Assembly (NCBI GenBank): GCA_030390025.1
Contig: CM059432.1
Location: 32,614,001-32,678,000 of the forward strand
Length of the DNA stretch: 64,000 nt
Reading direction: 5' to 3'
Source of the DNA: Squalus acanthias
Lineage: Eukaryota
Position 1 is the stretch's first letter; every line of letters starts with the position of its first letter. This document shows positions 36,586 to 50,238 of the stretch, one piece after another. Position numbers and translations under genes: made by a program. Below the pieces are notes generated by a model. The model worked only from the letters and a program-made list of their open reading frames with translations, ran no database searches and was not told the origin of the DNA.

Positions 36586-39500
36586 AAGAACATAAGAAAT
36601 AGGAGCAGGAATAGGCCACTTGGCCCCTCGAGCCTGCTCCGCCATTCAATAAGATCATGTCTTGGGCTCAAAGCCACTTCCCTGCCCGCTCCCCATAACC
36701 CTTCACTCCCTTATCTTGCAAAAATCTATCTCCACCTTAAATGTATTTAATGACCCAGCTCTCTGCAGCAGAGAATTCCACAGGTTTACGACCCTCTGAG
36801 AGAAGAAATTCCTCCTCATCTCAGTTCTAAAAGGGCGACCCTTTATTCTGAAACTATTCCCCCGAGTTCTAGATTTCCCCACGAGGGGAAACATCCTCTC
36901 TGTATCTACCTTGTCGAGCCCCCTCAGTATCTTATATGTTTCAATAAGATCACCTCTCATTCTTCTAAATTCCAATGAGTATAGGCCCAACCTGCTCAAC
37001 CTTTCCTCATAAGTCAACCCCCTCATCTCTGGAATTAACCTAGTGAATCATCTCTGAACTGCCATCAATGCAAGTATATCCTTCCTTAAATAAGGAGACC
37101 AAAACTGTACGCAGTACTCAAGGTGTGGTCTCACCAATACCCTGTACAGTTGTAGCAGGACTTCCCTGCTTTTATACTTCAACCCCCTTGAAATAAAGGC
37201 CAACATTCCATTTGCCTTTTTGATTACTTGCTGTACCTGCATGCTAACCTTTTGTGTTTCATGCACAAGGACCCCCAGGTCCCTCTGAACTGTAGCATTT
37301 TGTAATCTCTCTCCATTTAAAGAATAATTTGCTTTATTTTTCCTGCCAAAGTGGATAACCTCTCACTTTCCCACATTATACTCCATCTGCCAAATGTTTG
37401 CCCACTCACTTAGCCTGTCTATATCCCTTTGCAGGTTCTTTGCGTCCTCTGCACAACTTGCTTTCCCACCCATCTTTGTATCATCCGCAAACTTGGCTAC
37501 ATTACACTCGGTCCCTTCATCCAAGTCATTAATGTAGATTGTAAATAGTTGATGCCCCAGCACCAATCCCTGTGGCACCCCACTAGTTACCGTTTGCCAA
37601 CCGGAAAATGACCCATTTATCCCGACTCTCTGCTTTCTGTTAGTTAGCCAATTCTCTATCCATGCTAATATATTACCCTCAACTCCGTGAGCTATTATCT
37701 TATGCAGTAACCTTTTATGTGGCACCTTATCGAATGCCTTCTGGAAATCCAAATACACCACATCCACTGGCTCACCTTTGTCCACCCTGCTCGTTACATC
37801 CTCAAAGAACTCCAGCAAATTTGTTAAACATGATTTCCCTTTCATAAAACCATGCTGACTCTGCCTGACTGCATTATGATTTTCCAAATGCCCTGCTACT
37901 GCTTCCTTAATGAAGGACTCCAGCATTTTCCCAACGACAGATGTTAGGCTAACTGGTCTATAGTTTCCTGCTTTCTGACTCCCTCCTTTCTTAAATAGGG
38001 GTGTTACATTTGCGGTTTTCCAATCCGCTGGGACCTCTCCAGAGTCCATGGAATTTTGGTATATTGCAACCGATGCATCCACTATCTCTGCAGCCACTTC
38101 TTTTAAGACCCTGGGATGCAGGCCATCTGGTGCAGGGGACTTGTCATCTTTTAGTCCCATTATTTTACCAACTACTATTTCCTTAGTGATAGTGATTGTC
38201 TTTAGTTCCCCCCTCCCTGTGGCCCCTTGATTATCCATTATTGGGATGTTGTTAGTGTCTTCTATCGTGAAGACAGATACAAAATATTTGTTCAGAGTCT
38301 CTGCCATTTCCCCGTTCCCCATTATTAATTCCCCAGTCTCATCCTTTAAGGGACCAACGTTTACTTTAGCTACTCGCTTCCTTTTTATATACCTGTAGAA
38401 GCTCTTACTATCTATTTTAATATTTCTTGCCAGTTTACTCTCATAATTCATCTTCTCTCTCTTTATTATTTTTTTAGTCATCCTTTGCTGCTTTTTAAAA
38501 ATTTCCCAATCCTCTGGTCTCCCACCAATCTTGGAAACCTTGTATGCCTTTGTTTTCAATTTGATAGCTTCCTTTACTTCCTTAGTTAGCCACGGATGGT
38601 GCTCCCTTCTCTTAAAATCTTTCTTTCTCACTGGAATATATTTTTGTTGAGAGTTATGAAATATCTCCTTAAATGTCCGCCACTGCATTTCAACTGTCTT
38701 ACCCTTTAATTTATTTTTCCAGTCCACTTTAGCCAGTTCTGCCCTCATGCCATTGTAATTGCCTTTGTTTAAGATCAGGACACTGGTTTGAGTTACAACT
38801 TTCTCACCCTCCAACTGAATTTGAAATTCAACCATGCGATCACTTTTTCCGAGAGGATCCTTTAATATGAGATCATTTATTAATTCTGTCTCATTACACA
38901 GTACCAGACCAAGATAGCCTGCTCCCTGGTTGGTTCCATTACATACTGTTCTAGGAAACCATCCCGGATACACTCTATGAACTCCTCCTCAAGGCTACCA
39001 TGGCCAATTTGATTTGGCCAATCAATATGGAGATTAAAATCACCGATGATTATTACCGTACCTTTTTTACAGGCCTCCATTATTTGTTGATTTATACTCT
39101 GTCCAATAGTATTGCTACTGTTCGGGGGCCTGTAGACTACGCCCACCAGAGACTTTTTCCCCGTATTATTTTTTATCTCTACCCAAACTGATTCTACATC
39201 TTGATCTTCTGAGCCAATATCACTTCTCACCACTGCACTGATCCCATCCTTTACCAACAAAGCCACCCCACCTCCCTTTCCTTTCTGTCTATCCTTCCGA
39301 ATTGTCAAATACCCTGGAATATTCAGTTCCCAGCCCAGGTCACCTTGCAACCACATCTCTGTAATGGCGATCAGATCATACCCATTTGTATCTATTTGTG
39401 CCATCAACTTATCTATCTTGTTACAAATGCTGCGTGCATTCAGATATAGAGCTTTTAACTTTGTCTTTTTACCATTTCTACTTGTTTTGGCCCCATTTTC

Positions 39501-39885
39501 TCTTGCACTCTTATTTTTCAACATTCTGTCCCTTCCTGTCACACTCTGGTTATTATTTCCCCCATCTCTATCCTGCTCTATTGCTTTCTCATTTCTCATT
39601 GACTTTTTAAATTCCCGCTCACCTGGACCCTCCCCCCACTATTTAGTTTAAAGCCCTCTCTACAGCCCTAGTTATTCGATTCGCCAGGACTCTAGCCCCA
39701 GCATGGTTCAAGTGAAGCCCGTCCAAATGGAACAGCTCCCTCTTATCCAGTGCCCCACAAATCGAAACCCATTTCTCCCACACCAGTCTTTGAGCCACTC
39801 GTTCATTTCTCTGATCTTATTTACCCTATGCAAATTCGTTCGTGGCTCAGGTAGTAATCCAGAGATTATTACCTTTGTGGTTCTG
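36586..39885 (-). mobile_element. Large CR1 LINE (ORF1 3' end plus nearly complete ORF2) nested in the decayed Harbinger
   Basis: ORFs 38880-39599 (APE: YLNARSI, IIGDFN), 37363-38973 (RT: YLDFQKAFDKV, FADDTK), 36703-37266. ORF1 esterase fragment KVIISGLLP. ttcttat tail. Confidence 0.92.
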
Positions 39886-41825
39886 CACAACAGGCCAGAG
39901 AGAGGGCTCCAAGGTTCTCAGACGCAGCATTGCAGGCCTTAGCACACAAGGTGGAGAGAGGTCCTGTTTCCACAGGGGGCCCTCCAGACAGACACTGCGA
40001 AGCAATAAAGTTCAATGACCTCACACGAGTGGTCAAGGTGAGTGAATGCATCTTCAAATGCCATATCCCACAAACTGCACCACTAGCCTCACACACTACT
40101 CAATTCACCACACCCCCATTGCTCATCTACCAACAATCTCTATCAATCACGACTCATACCTCACATTCATATGCTCCATCTCACCCTCACACACTTACCA
40201 CTGCTGCAAGCCTCACACCCACACCTCACAGCTTGCACACACTGCCAGCTATTCAACCATGACAGCCACATCAGCCAAACACATTCAACCATACTCACTG
40301 ACATACTACCCTCTCTTGTGCAGGACAAGGTGGCACACAACCGTAGGCAGCAGAAGCTAACCGGAGGGGTACAGGCGCGCCTCCATATACTGACTCCGCT
40401 CGAGGAGACAGTGCTCGGCATAATTGGAGTGGCTGTGACTGAGGCCGTGGCCAGCGGTGGCGATGAAACCATTGAAGATGACGGTATGCTCATACCTAAT
40501 CCTCCTTCTCACATACCACTTCCCCCTCATCCCACAATCTTTTGTGACTTACAAGCTGCAGATGGTGTAAGCATGCACCTCTTGCTTTCCTCCAACCCCA
40601 CGCTCGCCCCCCACAGTACAGTCCTACCCTTGTACCTTTCTCATTTAAGAGGTGGAAGAGGAAGAGGAGAGTGATGATGAAGAAGACACACAGCCACTCA
40701 ATAGGACACTCGCAGCCACCAACGTAGATACTGGCACTGACCTTAGAGGGTAGCTTACAGAGCTGCACATGGTGAGTCACCGGGCACGAGCGGGCTGCAG
40801 CCAGGACAAGGGGAAAGGGTAGCACAGGTGCCAGCTCCCTGGAGGGCGAGGCCGCACATGAGTTCTGCTGCACAGGACTCAGATGAGGAATTCGATGGGA
40901 CAGCCTACAGAACAAAGCTGATGGTTATGCACAACGAAATGCTTGGTGCATTGGCAGGCCTGCCAGAAAGCCTGAATGCAATGTCAAGGAGCATGGAGGA
41001 GTCCAGCACTAACCTTGCACAGGGCTTTGCACAGAGCTTGGTGCCCATCCTTTCCAGCATGGAAGGCGTGGGCAATCCATTAGCGCACTTGTGAACCCAG
41101 GCATCATGCAATGCCTGATGGCCGCTGTCTCAGATTCCACTGCAGCACAAGCAGAAGCCACCCAACGGCTGAGTGCTGCAATGGAAGCTCAGACTGAAGT
41201 CACGCAAGCACAGACTGCTGCCATCATGGTTGCGGTCAGCAGTGTTGAAAGGGGCTTGCTGGGTGTCACGGCAGTCCAGCAATTGGTCCCTCAGCAAATT
41301 ACTAGGATTGCTGGGACGTTGCCCCGGAGGAGTGGCAGTGGCTCCGTGGAGGACAAACCTGCAGTCCTCTCTCATGACAGCATTCGTCCTCCCACCATTG
41401 CCACTCCACAAGTGGCCTTGCTGTTGCCTGTCAGTCAGCCAGCCCAGACTGCTGCTGCCCATGCTGACGTGGTGCAGTCCGAAGCCGGGCCGACTAGGCC
41501 CAGAGCTGCTCGAGGTCGTCCTGCAAGGCCATCTGCAGTCTCCCCCATTGAAAGTCAGCAGCCTTCCACCAGCCCTGTTGCAGCCACTGGAGTAGCACTG
41601 CGTAGGAGTACTTGGACAGGCAAAAGCACATGGAAGGCAGGCACTAAGGGAATGCACAGGGGTGATTAGTTGACATTTGAATGAAATATCGTAATGGCTT
41701 GATTCATAAAATTGGTTTGGAATGTTTTATGGTGGCTTTTATTGTAGCATTGTGGCTAAGAAAATACTGTGATGGTCAGTAACAGAGGGAAGGTAAGGTG
41801 TGGGACTATTGGTGAATGGGTAATT

Positions 41826-42563
41826 ACATAGGATATACGGCACAGAAACAGGCCATTCAACCCAACCAGTCCATGCCGGTGTTTATGCTCCTCCTGTCTT
41901 TCCTCATCTAAATCTATCAGCATAACCCTCTATTCCCTTCTCCCTCATATGCTTGTCTAGCTTCCCCTTAAATGCATCGATACTATTCGCTTCAACCACT
42001 CCCTGTGGTAGCGAGTTCCACATTCTCACCACTCTTGGGTAAAGAAGTTTCTTCTCAATTCCCTATTGGATTTCTTGGTGACTATCTTATATTGATGGCC
42101 TCTAGTTATGCTCTTCCCCACAAGTGGAAACACTCTCTCTGTATTTACTCTATCAAAACCTTTCATAATTTTAAAGACCTCTATTAGGTCACCCCTCAGC
42201 CTTCTTTTTTCAAGAGAAAAGAGACCCAGCCTGTTCATCCTTTCCTGATATGTATACCCTCGCATTTCTGGTATCATCCTTGTAAATCTTCTCTGCACCC
42301 TCTCCAGTGCCACTATATCCTTTTTATAATATGGAGACCAGAACTGCATGCAGCACTCCAAGTGTGGCCTAACCAAGGTTCGATACAGGTTTAGCATAAC
42401 TTCCCTACTTTTCAATTCTATACCTCTAGAAATAAACCCTAGTGCTTGGTTTGACTTTTTTATGGCCTTGCTAACCTGTGTCGCAACTTTTAGTGATTTG
42501 TGTATTTGTACTCCGAGATCCCTTTGTTCCTCTACCCCACCTAGACTCGCATCCTCCAAGTAA
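41826..42563 (-). mobile_element. CR1 3' fragment nested in the decayed Harbinger
   Basis: ORF 42026-42610 encodes a CR1 ORF2 C-terminus; TAATT on both flanks. Confidence 0.85.
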
Positions 42564-45110
42564 TAATTGGGGTTGTGTTCACTGGTACCGCAGTCGGATG
42601 AATCAATCACGGATAGCCTGGACAGAAAGCGGCTGTCTGGATTGCCTCCCCCCTTTCTCCTCCTCCTCTTCCACTGGTCGCCGTATGCCTGGTGGTAAGG
42701 GCTGTGCCCTCATGATGACGAGGATGTGGAGCATGCAGCAGACCACGACAAATCTTGAGACGCACTCTGGCGAGTACTGCAGGGCTCCTCCAGAGCGGTC
42801 CAAGCAGCGGAAGCGTTGTTTAAGGACACCAATGGTCTGCTCTATCAGATTTCTTGTAGTAGCATGGCTTTCACTATATGTATGCTGCCAATGTGTGCAT
42901 GGGTTGCACAGCGGAGTCATGGGCCAGGTGGTCAGTGGATAGCCCTTGTCGCCCAGTAGCTACGCTCTGGTTTGTCATGGTGGCTCAAATGTTGATGGTA
43001 CAATGGACATGCCGCAGAATGAAGGCATCATTACTGCTGCCAGGAAATGGAACATTAACCTGCATGATGCGCTGAGTATGGTCACACACCAGCTGGCCAT
43101 TGTAGGAGTGGAATCCTTTCCAGTTGCAGTACATCTACGAATTGAGATGCGGCGCCCGCAAAGCGACATGTGTGCAGTCAATGGCACCATGCACCATGGA
43201 GAAACCTGCTATCCTGGCAAAGCCACGTGCTCGCCCAGCCTGCTTCTCTCTAGCAAGAGAGAATGAAATGTGTTCAGCTCTGTTTGCATACAGAACCTCA
43301 CTCACCTCCCTTATACAGGAGTGGATGGTGAACTGGGAGATGTTACAGATGTTGCCTGCTCCAGCCTGACTTGAAGAAGTTCCAGGCCACGGTCACTTTA
43401 CTGCCACTGGCAATGCCGTCCTTGGCCCTGGACTGAGGCTGCAGTTCTGCCTGCAGAAGGTGGCAGATTTCAGTGAGCACCTCTTTAGCAAATCGGAGAC
43501 GTCGCATACACTGTTCGCCGCTGAGGTTGAGGTAGGAGAATTGCTCCCTGAAGACCGTGGGTGGATATACCTCCTGCTGAGAGTCCTTCTCCCCCTCCTC
43601 CCTCTTCTAGCAGCTTGTCCTGCTCTGTGTTGCCTCTGCCCATTCTCCGTGTCATGCTGCAGGCCAAGGGGGATAACAAACTACTGCACCCATGTCTGGG
43701 AGCAACTGGTCTGAGCAGACCCATTGCAAGTCAGTATCAAGTCCTTGAGCACGTGCCACACCAATCCTTGTAGATTTTAGGCAACTTTAAAGTCTAGAAA
43801 GCATCAAAGACTTCTACAAACTCAGCAACAGCTAGTAGAAATTAATCAGCAAATAACCTGTAAGTAGGTGATGATCCATTTAAATAGTGCTGGTGGTGGG
43901 GGTCTTTCCTGCTGCTAAACGCATGTTCAGCTGTGCGAGGTTAAGAGAGGGCATTAGTTCTAGTGTTGAGGTCGAAAATGGCAGCGCTGGCGTCAAATCA
44001 GCATTACACACTGACTGACGCCACGATCTGCATACTCTGCATACTTACGGCACACACTCCCAGCGCCCTCACCAAAATGGTGTCAGACAATGTGCATGCG
44101 CTGCTCGGATGCCATTTTCGACCCAAAACGGCAGCTGTAGTGCCAAAACAACGGGCACTGCGCAACCGAATTTTTAGCCCACAATGTTTTGGCAAGAAAA
44201 CCAAGACATATAGACTCATCAAAAGGTGTGGATTAACAAAAAGACCTAGGAATTCAAGTACATAATTCCCTGAAAGTGTGAGTGCAGATAGATAAAGCCA
44301 TTAAATAAAAAGCCAAGAGCTTTTGGATTTTATAAATGTGGGCATAGAATACAAGAAGTAATGATGAATTTGTAAAACATTGGTTAGACGACACTCAAAG
44401 GATCTTGTGCAGTTTTGGGTACCCCATTACAGAAAAGACATTAAAGCCGTAGAGAGCAGAGATTGACTAGAATAGCAACATAGGAACAGAAGTAGACCAT
44501 TCAGCCCCTCGAGCCTGTTCTGCCATTCAATGGGATTATGGCTGATCTGTATCTTAACTCCAACCACCTGCCTTGGGTTCTTTTATACCCTTGCTTAGCA
44601 AAAAAATTCTTGATCTCAGATTTAAAATTATTAATTGAGCTAGCATCCACTGCTTTTTGTGGGGACGAGTTCTACACTTCTACCACCCTTTGCGTGAAGA
44701 AGTGTTTTCTAACTTCTCTCCTGACTGGCCTGACTCAGTTTTTAAGGTTATGTTCCCTTGTCCTAGAGTTCCCCCACCAATGGAAAAAGTTTCTCTCTAT
44801 CTACCCTATCAAAATCCTAAAAACCTCAATCAAATCACCCCTTGACCTTCTATATAAGCCTAGTTAATGTAATCTATCATGCTAATCCAACCCTTGGAGC
44901 CCTGGTAACATTCTGGTGAATCTGTGCTGCACTCCTTCCAAGGTCAATATATCCTTTCTAAAGTGTGGTGCCCAGAACTATACACAGTTTCCAGATGTGG
45001 TCTAACCAGGGCTTTGTACAGCTGTAGCAAAACTTCCTCCCCTTTATATTCTAGCCCTCTATTTATAAAGGCTAACATTCCATTAGCCTTTTTGATTATT
45101 TTTTGTATCA

Positions 45111-45561
45111 GGACACAGTGGACCTGAGCGGGAGCGGCGGCAGCCACATAAAGAGCGGGAGAGGAGAAAGCCCAGGACACAGTGGACCTGAGCGGGAGCG
45201 GCGGAGGCAACATAAAGAGCGGGAGAGGAGAAAGCCCAGGACACAGTGGACCTGAGCGGGAGTGGCGGAGGCAACATAAAGAGCGGGAGAGGAGAAAGCC
45301 CAGGACACAGTGGACCTGAGCGGGAGCGGCGGAGGCAACATAAAGTGCAGGAGAGGAGAAAGCCCAGGACACAGTGGACCTGAGCGGGAGCGGCGGAGGC
45401 AACATAAAGAGCAGGAGAGGAGAAAGCCCAGGACACAGTGGACCTGAGCGGGAGCGGCGGAGGCAACATAAAGAGCGGGAGAGGAGAAAGCCCAGGACAC
45501 AGTGGACCTGAGCAGGAGCGGCGGCAGCAACAATATAAGGAGCGGGAGAGGAGAAAGCCCA
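45111..45561 (+). repeat. Tandem array of 7 x 64-bp GC/purine-rich units at the CR1 5' end
   Basis: Unit GGACACAGTGGACCTGAGCGGGAGCGGCGGAGGCAACATAAAGAGCGGGAGAGGAGAAAGCCCA starts at 45111, 45175, 45239, 45303, 45367, 45431 and 45495. Confidence 0.95.
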
Positions 45562-48500
45562 GGACAGAGCGGATCTGAACGGCGATTTAAAAGCAACAAA
45601 AAAAGGAGTGAAGTCACAGGACAGCAGGTAGGTGATTGGTTGGTGAGTATCACTGTTTTTTTTCTTTAAACTAAGAGCTGGGGAACTATAACTATTATGT
45701 TATTAAATATTAACTTAACTAGATACACTAATTAATTAATTAATATAACTATAAATAATCGTTTGATTATAAATAAAAAGGTCTGGAGATAGCAGGGCAG
45801 GCTTGTGTCGGGACTGTAGTATGTGGGAGTTTGTGGACAGCGAGACTGTCCCGGATTCCCACATCTGCAGGAAATGTCTCTGCCTTCAGTCACTCCGGCT
45901 CAGAGTCATTGAGCTGGAGTGCGAGTTGGAGACACTCCGAAACAGAAGGGATGGGGAGGAATTTCTGGATAGTTTTATCCAGAATACAGTCACACCCCAG
46001 AGGAAAGCACAGGTTCAGGAAAGGAAGGGTATGACTGTTAGGGAGCCGGGATAGCAGGGACTTAGGAGAGGTTGAGAAGAGGTCCCGCAGACACTGGTCC
46101 TGTCCAACAGGGATGATGTACTCGCTAACTGTGAGGACAAGGAGAAAGACTGCGGGGAGGACAGCCACAATGCAGACCAAGGCACCGAGCCTCAAAAGGC
46201 TGTCCGGGGGGGGGGGGGAGGCGGGGGGGGTTGGTGGAAGAGCAGAATAGAAATGTGGTAGTGATACGGGATTCTATAATTAGGGGGCTAGATAGCGTCC
46301 TCTGCAGCCAAGAACGAGAATCCTGAGGGGTGTGTTGCCAGGGTAAGGGATATCTCGTGGCAGCTGGAGAGGAATTTGGAAAGGGAGGGGGTAAATCCAG
46401 TTGTCGTAGTCTGTGTCGGAACTAACGACTTAGGGAGGAGGTCCTGCTGAGGGAGTATCAGGAGTTGGGAGCTAAATTAAAAAGCAGAATCGCAAGGGTA
46501 ATAATCTCTGGATTATTGCCCAAGCCACGTGCAAATTGGCATATCAGAAGAATTAACATGTAGCTAAACTGATGGTGTGGGAAAGAGGGGTTACTTTTCA
46601 TGGGACACTGGCACCAGTGCTGGGACAGAAAGGAGCTGTACTCACGGGACAGGCTCGACCTAAACCGGAATGGGACCTGTGTCCTAGCGGAAAGGTTAAA
46701 TATGGAGGTGGCAAAGGCTTTAAACTAGTAAAACGGGAGGAGGAATCTACAAGAAATGAAGCCAGCCTAAATATAAATAAAACAGGAAAGAGGAGCATAG
46801 GAAAGAGTAAAGTAATGGAGGACATTGCTGGCCAGGGAATAAATAGAGTTATACAACAGGAGTTTAAAAAAATGGTTAAAAATAAAAGTGACAGGAACTG
46901 CTATTAAAAATAAGTTAATCTGTCTGCACAGCAATGCACACAGTGTCCTTAATAAAATAGGGGAGCTGGAAGTAATCATGCGTTGTGAGGAACCAGACAT
47001 AGTAGGGATTACTGAGACATGGCTACAGAAAAAATCAGGACGGGGAATTAAACATTGCAGGTTATAACATATTTAGAAAAGATAGAAAGGGAAAAAAAGG
47101 AGGTGGGGTTGCTGAACTTCTGAGGGATAACATAATGGCAGTAGAAAAAAGTGACGCAGCTATCAGCAAAACAGAAATAGAATCCATGTGGATAGAGATA
47201 AAAGACAATAAAAGATCAATCACACTAACAGGGGTAGTCTACAGACCACCTAATAGTGGAAGGGAGGAAGAAATATGTAAACAAATTAGGGAAATTAGTA
47301 AAAAACATAGAATAATCATCATGGGGGATTTCGACTACCCAGATATTAACTGGACAGAAGAGATAGGTAAAGGGGATAAGGGAATGGAGTTCCTACAATG
47401 TGTACAGGACTCCTTGCTAACCCAATATGTAAAAAGCCCAACAAGGGAGGATTCACTATTGGATCTAGTAATGGGGAATGAACCAGAGCAGATAAAAGAA
47501 GTAAAAGTAGGGCAACACCTAGGCAATAGTGACCAGAATATAATACGCTTTAAGATAATAATTGAGAAAGGCGTAAGTATGACAAAGACCAGGGTAATAG
47601 ATTGGAGAAAAGCTGATTTTGAGGGACTGAGAATAGAACTTGGGAAAATAAAATGGACAACAATATTGGCAAACAGTGATGCAGAACAGCAATGCGAAAC
47701 ATTTAAAAGTGTTCAACAGAGTCCAGGAAAAATATATTCCGCTAAAAATCAAGAACAAGCTAAACGCTAATGAGACACTGTGGATGAATAAAGCCATATG
47801 GGAAAAACTGAGGGTAAGGAAAGAGGCATACATTAAGTACACGGACAGCAGGGAGAGCATGATAAGGGAGACAAGTCAAAAAGACAATTAGGAAGGCAAA
47901 GAGAAATTATGAAATTAAATTATCAAGGAACATAAAACAAAATAGTGAAATATTTTACAGGCACGTAAATAAAAAAAAGGTCGGGATGGGACTAAGGTCA
48001 CTAAGGGATGGACAGGATAATACCACAGGCAGCGATAGAGAGATGGCAGAGATTTTAAATAATTATTTTGCTTCAGTATTTACCAGGGAGATAGAACAGG
48101 TGGAGATGACGTCGGAAGTTGAGATTAGTAAAGAGACAACAGCATTTAAAATAAAACGAGAAGATATATTAAATAAACTAATGGAACTCAAAGAGGATAA
48201 AACCCCTGGTCCGGACGGATTACATCCGTGCATCTTAAAAGAATCTAGGGAAGAGATAGCAGAGGCATTACTATATATATTTAGTAATTTGTTGGAAAAA
48301 GGTATAGTGCCAGAGGACTGGCAGATAGCTAACGTAATACCTATATTTAAGAAGGGAGATAGAACATGTCCAGGGAACTATAGACCAGTCAGCTTAACAT
48401 CGGTGGTAGGAAAAATAATGGACTCCCTGCTAAAGGAGAAAATGGAAGAACATCTAGAAACTAAAAATATAATAAATAATCAGCATGGATTTTAAAAGGG

Positions 48501-50238
48501 AAAGTTTTGCTTGACCAAACTAATTGAATTTTTTGAAGAGGTAACAGAGAGAGTAGACAAGGATAATGCAGTAGATGTAATTTATCTAGATTTTAAAAGG
48601 TACCACATAATAGACTAATGAATAAGGTCAGAGAATGTGGAGTCAGGGGACAAGGAGCAGAATGGATAGCTAGCTGGCTTCAAGACAGAAAGCAGAGAGT
48701 AGGGGTAAAGCGCAGCTAATCAGAGTGGCAGAAAGTGGGAAGTGATGTTCCACAAGGATCAGTGCTGGGACCACTGTTGTTCACAATTTAGACTCTGGAA
48801 TCAAAAACACAATTTCTAAATTTGCGGACGACATCAAATTGGGGGGGATAGCCAATACTGAGGAGGACTGCAACAAATTACAGGAGGACATTAATAAACT
48901 TGCAGAATGGGCATATAATTGGCAAATGAAATTCAACACAGATAAATGTGAGGTATTACATTTTGGTAAGAAAAATAGGAGGTTACATATTACTTGGAAA
49001 ATAAAAATCTAAATGGGATAGAGGAGCAATGGGATCTCGGAGTACAAATACAAAAATCACAAAGTATCGACACAGGTTAACAAGGCCATAAAAAAGGCAA
49101 ACCAAGCACTAGGGTTTATTTCTCAAGGGATAGAATTAAAAAGTAGTGAAGTTATGCTAAACTTGTATCGAAACTTGGTTAGACCACACTTGGACTACTG
49201 CGTACAATTCTGGTCGCCATATTATATTAAGGATACAGAGGCACTGGAGAGGGTGCAGAGAAGATTTACAAGGATGATACCAGAAATGCGAGGGTGTACC
49301 TATCAGGAAAGGATGAATAGGCCGGGTCCCTTTTCTCTTGAAAAGAGAAGGCTGATGGGTGACCTAATAGAGGTCTTTAAAATCATGAAAGGTTTTGATA
49401 GAGTAGATAGAGAGAGTGTTTCCACTTGTGGGGAAGAGCAAAATTAGAGGCCATCAATATAAGATAGTCACCTAGAAATCAAGTGGAAATTCAGAAGAAA
49501 CTGCTTTACCCAGAGAGTGGTGAGAATGTGGATCAGGGTTAATTAATAACCTTGTAGTAAAGGAGCCTCTAGGGAACAGTGATCATAATATGATAGAATT
49601 TTATGTTGAGTTTGAGAGTGATTTAGTTAAGACGGAACCTGGGTCCTAAACCTGAACAAAGCAAACTACGTAGGTATGAGAGGCGAGTTGGCTAAAGTAG
49701 ATTGGGAAACTAGATTAAAAGATATTACAGTAGAAAAGCAATGGCAAACATTTAAAGAAATAATTCAAAATTCACAAAGAATATACATTTCCTTAAGGAA
49801 TAAAAACACCATGGGAAAAATGGTTCACCCGTGGTTAAAAAGAGAAATTAAAGATAGCATTAGATTAAAGGAAGAGACTTAGGGGTAGAAATTAGGTCGC
49901 GCCCCATTTGGGGCGCAAATATCGTCCGCGCGCAAATATTAGCGCCTGGCGCTAATTATCGGCACTGACAGGAAACTTCACTTTTACCGCCCCGGGAGGT
50001 GAGTGGAGCGCTAAATTAGGCGCTGCACACCTCTCTTAAGGCGCAAAGGCCTAGGAGTGAGGCGCTAACTCAGCGCACGAGCGCAGCGCAGCTGCTGCCA
50101 GTTAGCGCGGGAACACAGACACACTGACGCCGGACACTTCTTAAAGCGGGGGGGGCCACTTGCTCCCCAGCCACACCCTGCTCATTGCAGCCTTGAATCT
50201 CAGCCTGGAGAGACCTGTAATCCATTTTGCTGCCAAGA

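Larger units (their letters stand above)
36331..44180. mobile_element. Decayed full-length Harbinger interrupted by two CR1 insertions
   Basis: Perfect 14-bp TIR GGGCTAAAAATTCG. Myb-like remnants on + (39886-41669: KFNDLTRVVK then gtgagt, DKVAHNRRQQKLTGG). Frameshifted transposase on - (about 42580-43724: IEQTIGVLKQRF, CCMLH). TSD not clean. Confidence 0.88.

Noticed and set aside
45111..45561. CRISPR-like array, and the long ORFs 44944-45653 on the minus strand
   Set aside because: The units are contiguous with no unique spacers and the context is eukaryotic. The ORFs are just the stop-free 64-bp repeat read in rotating frames.
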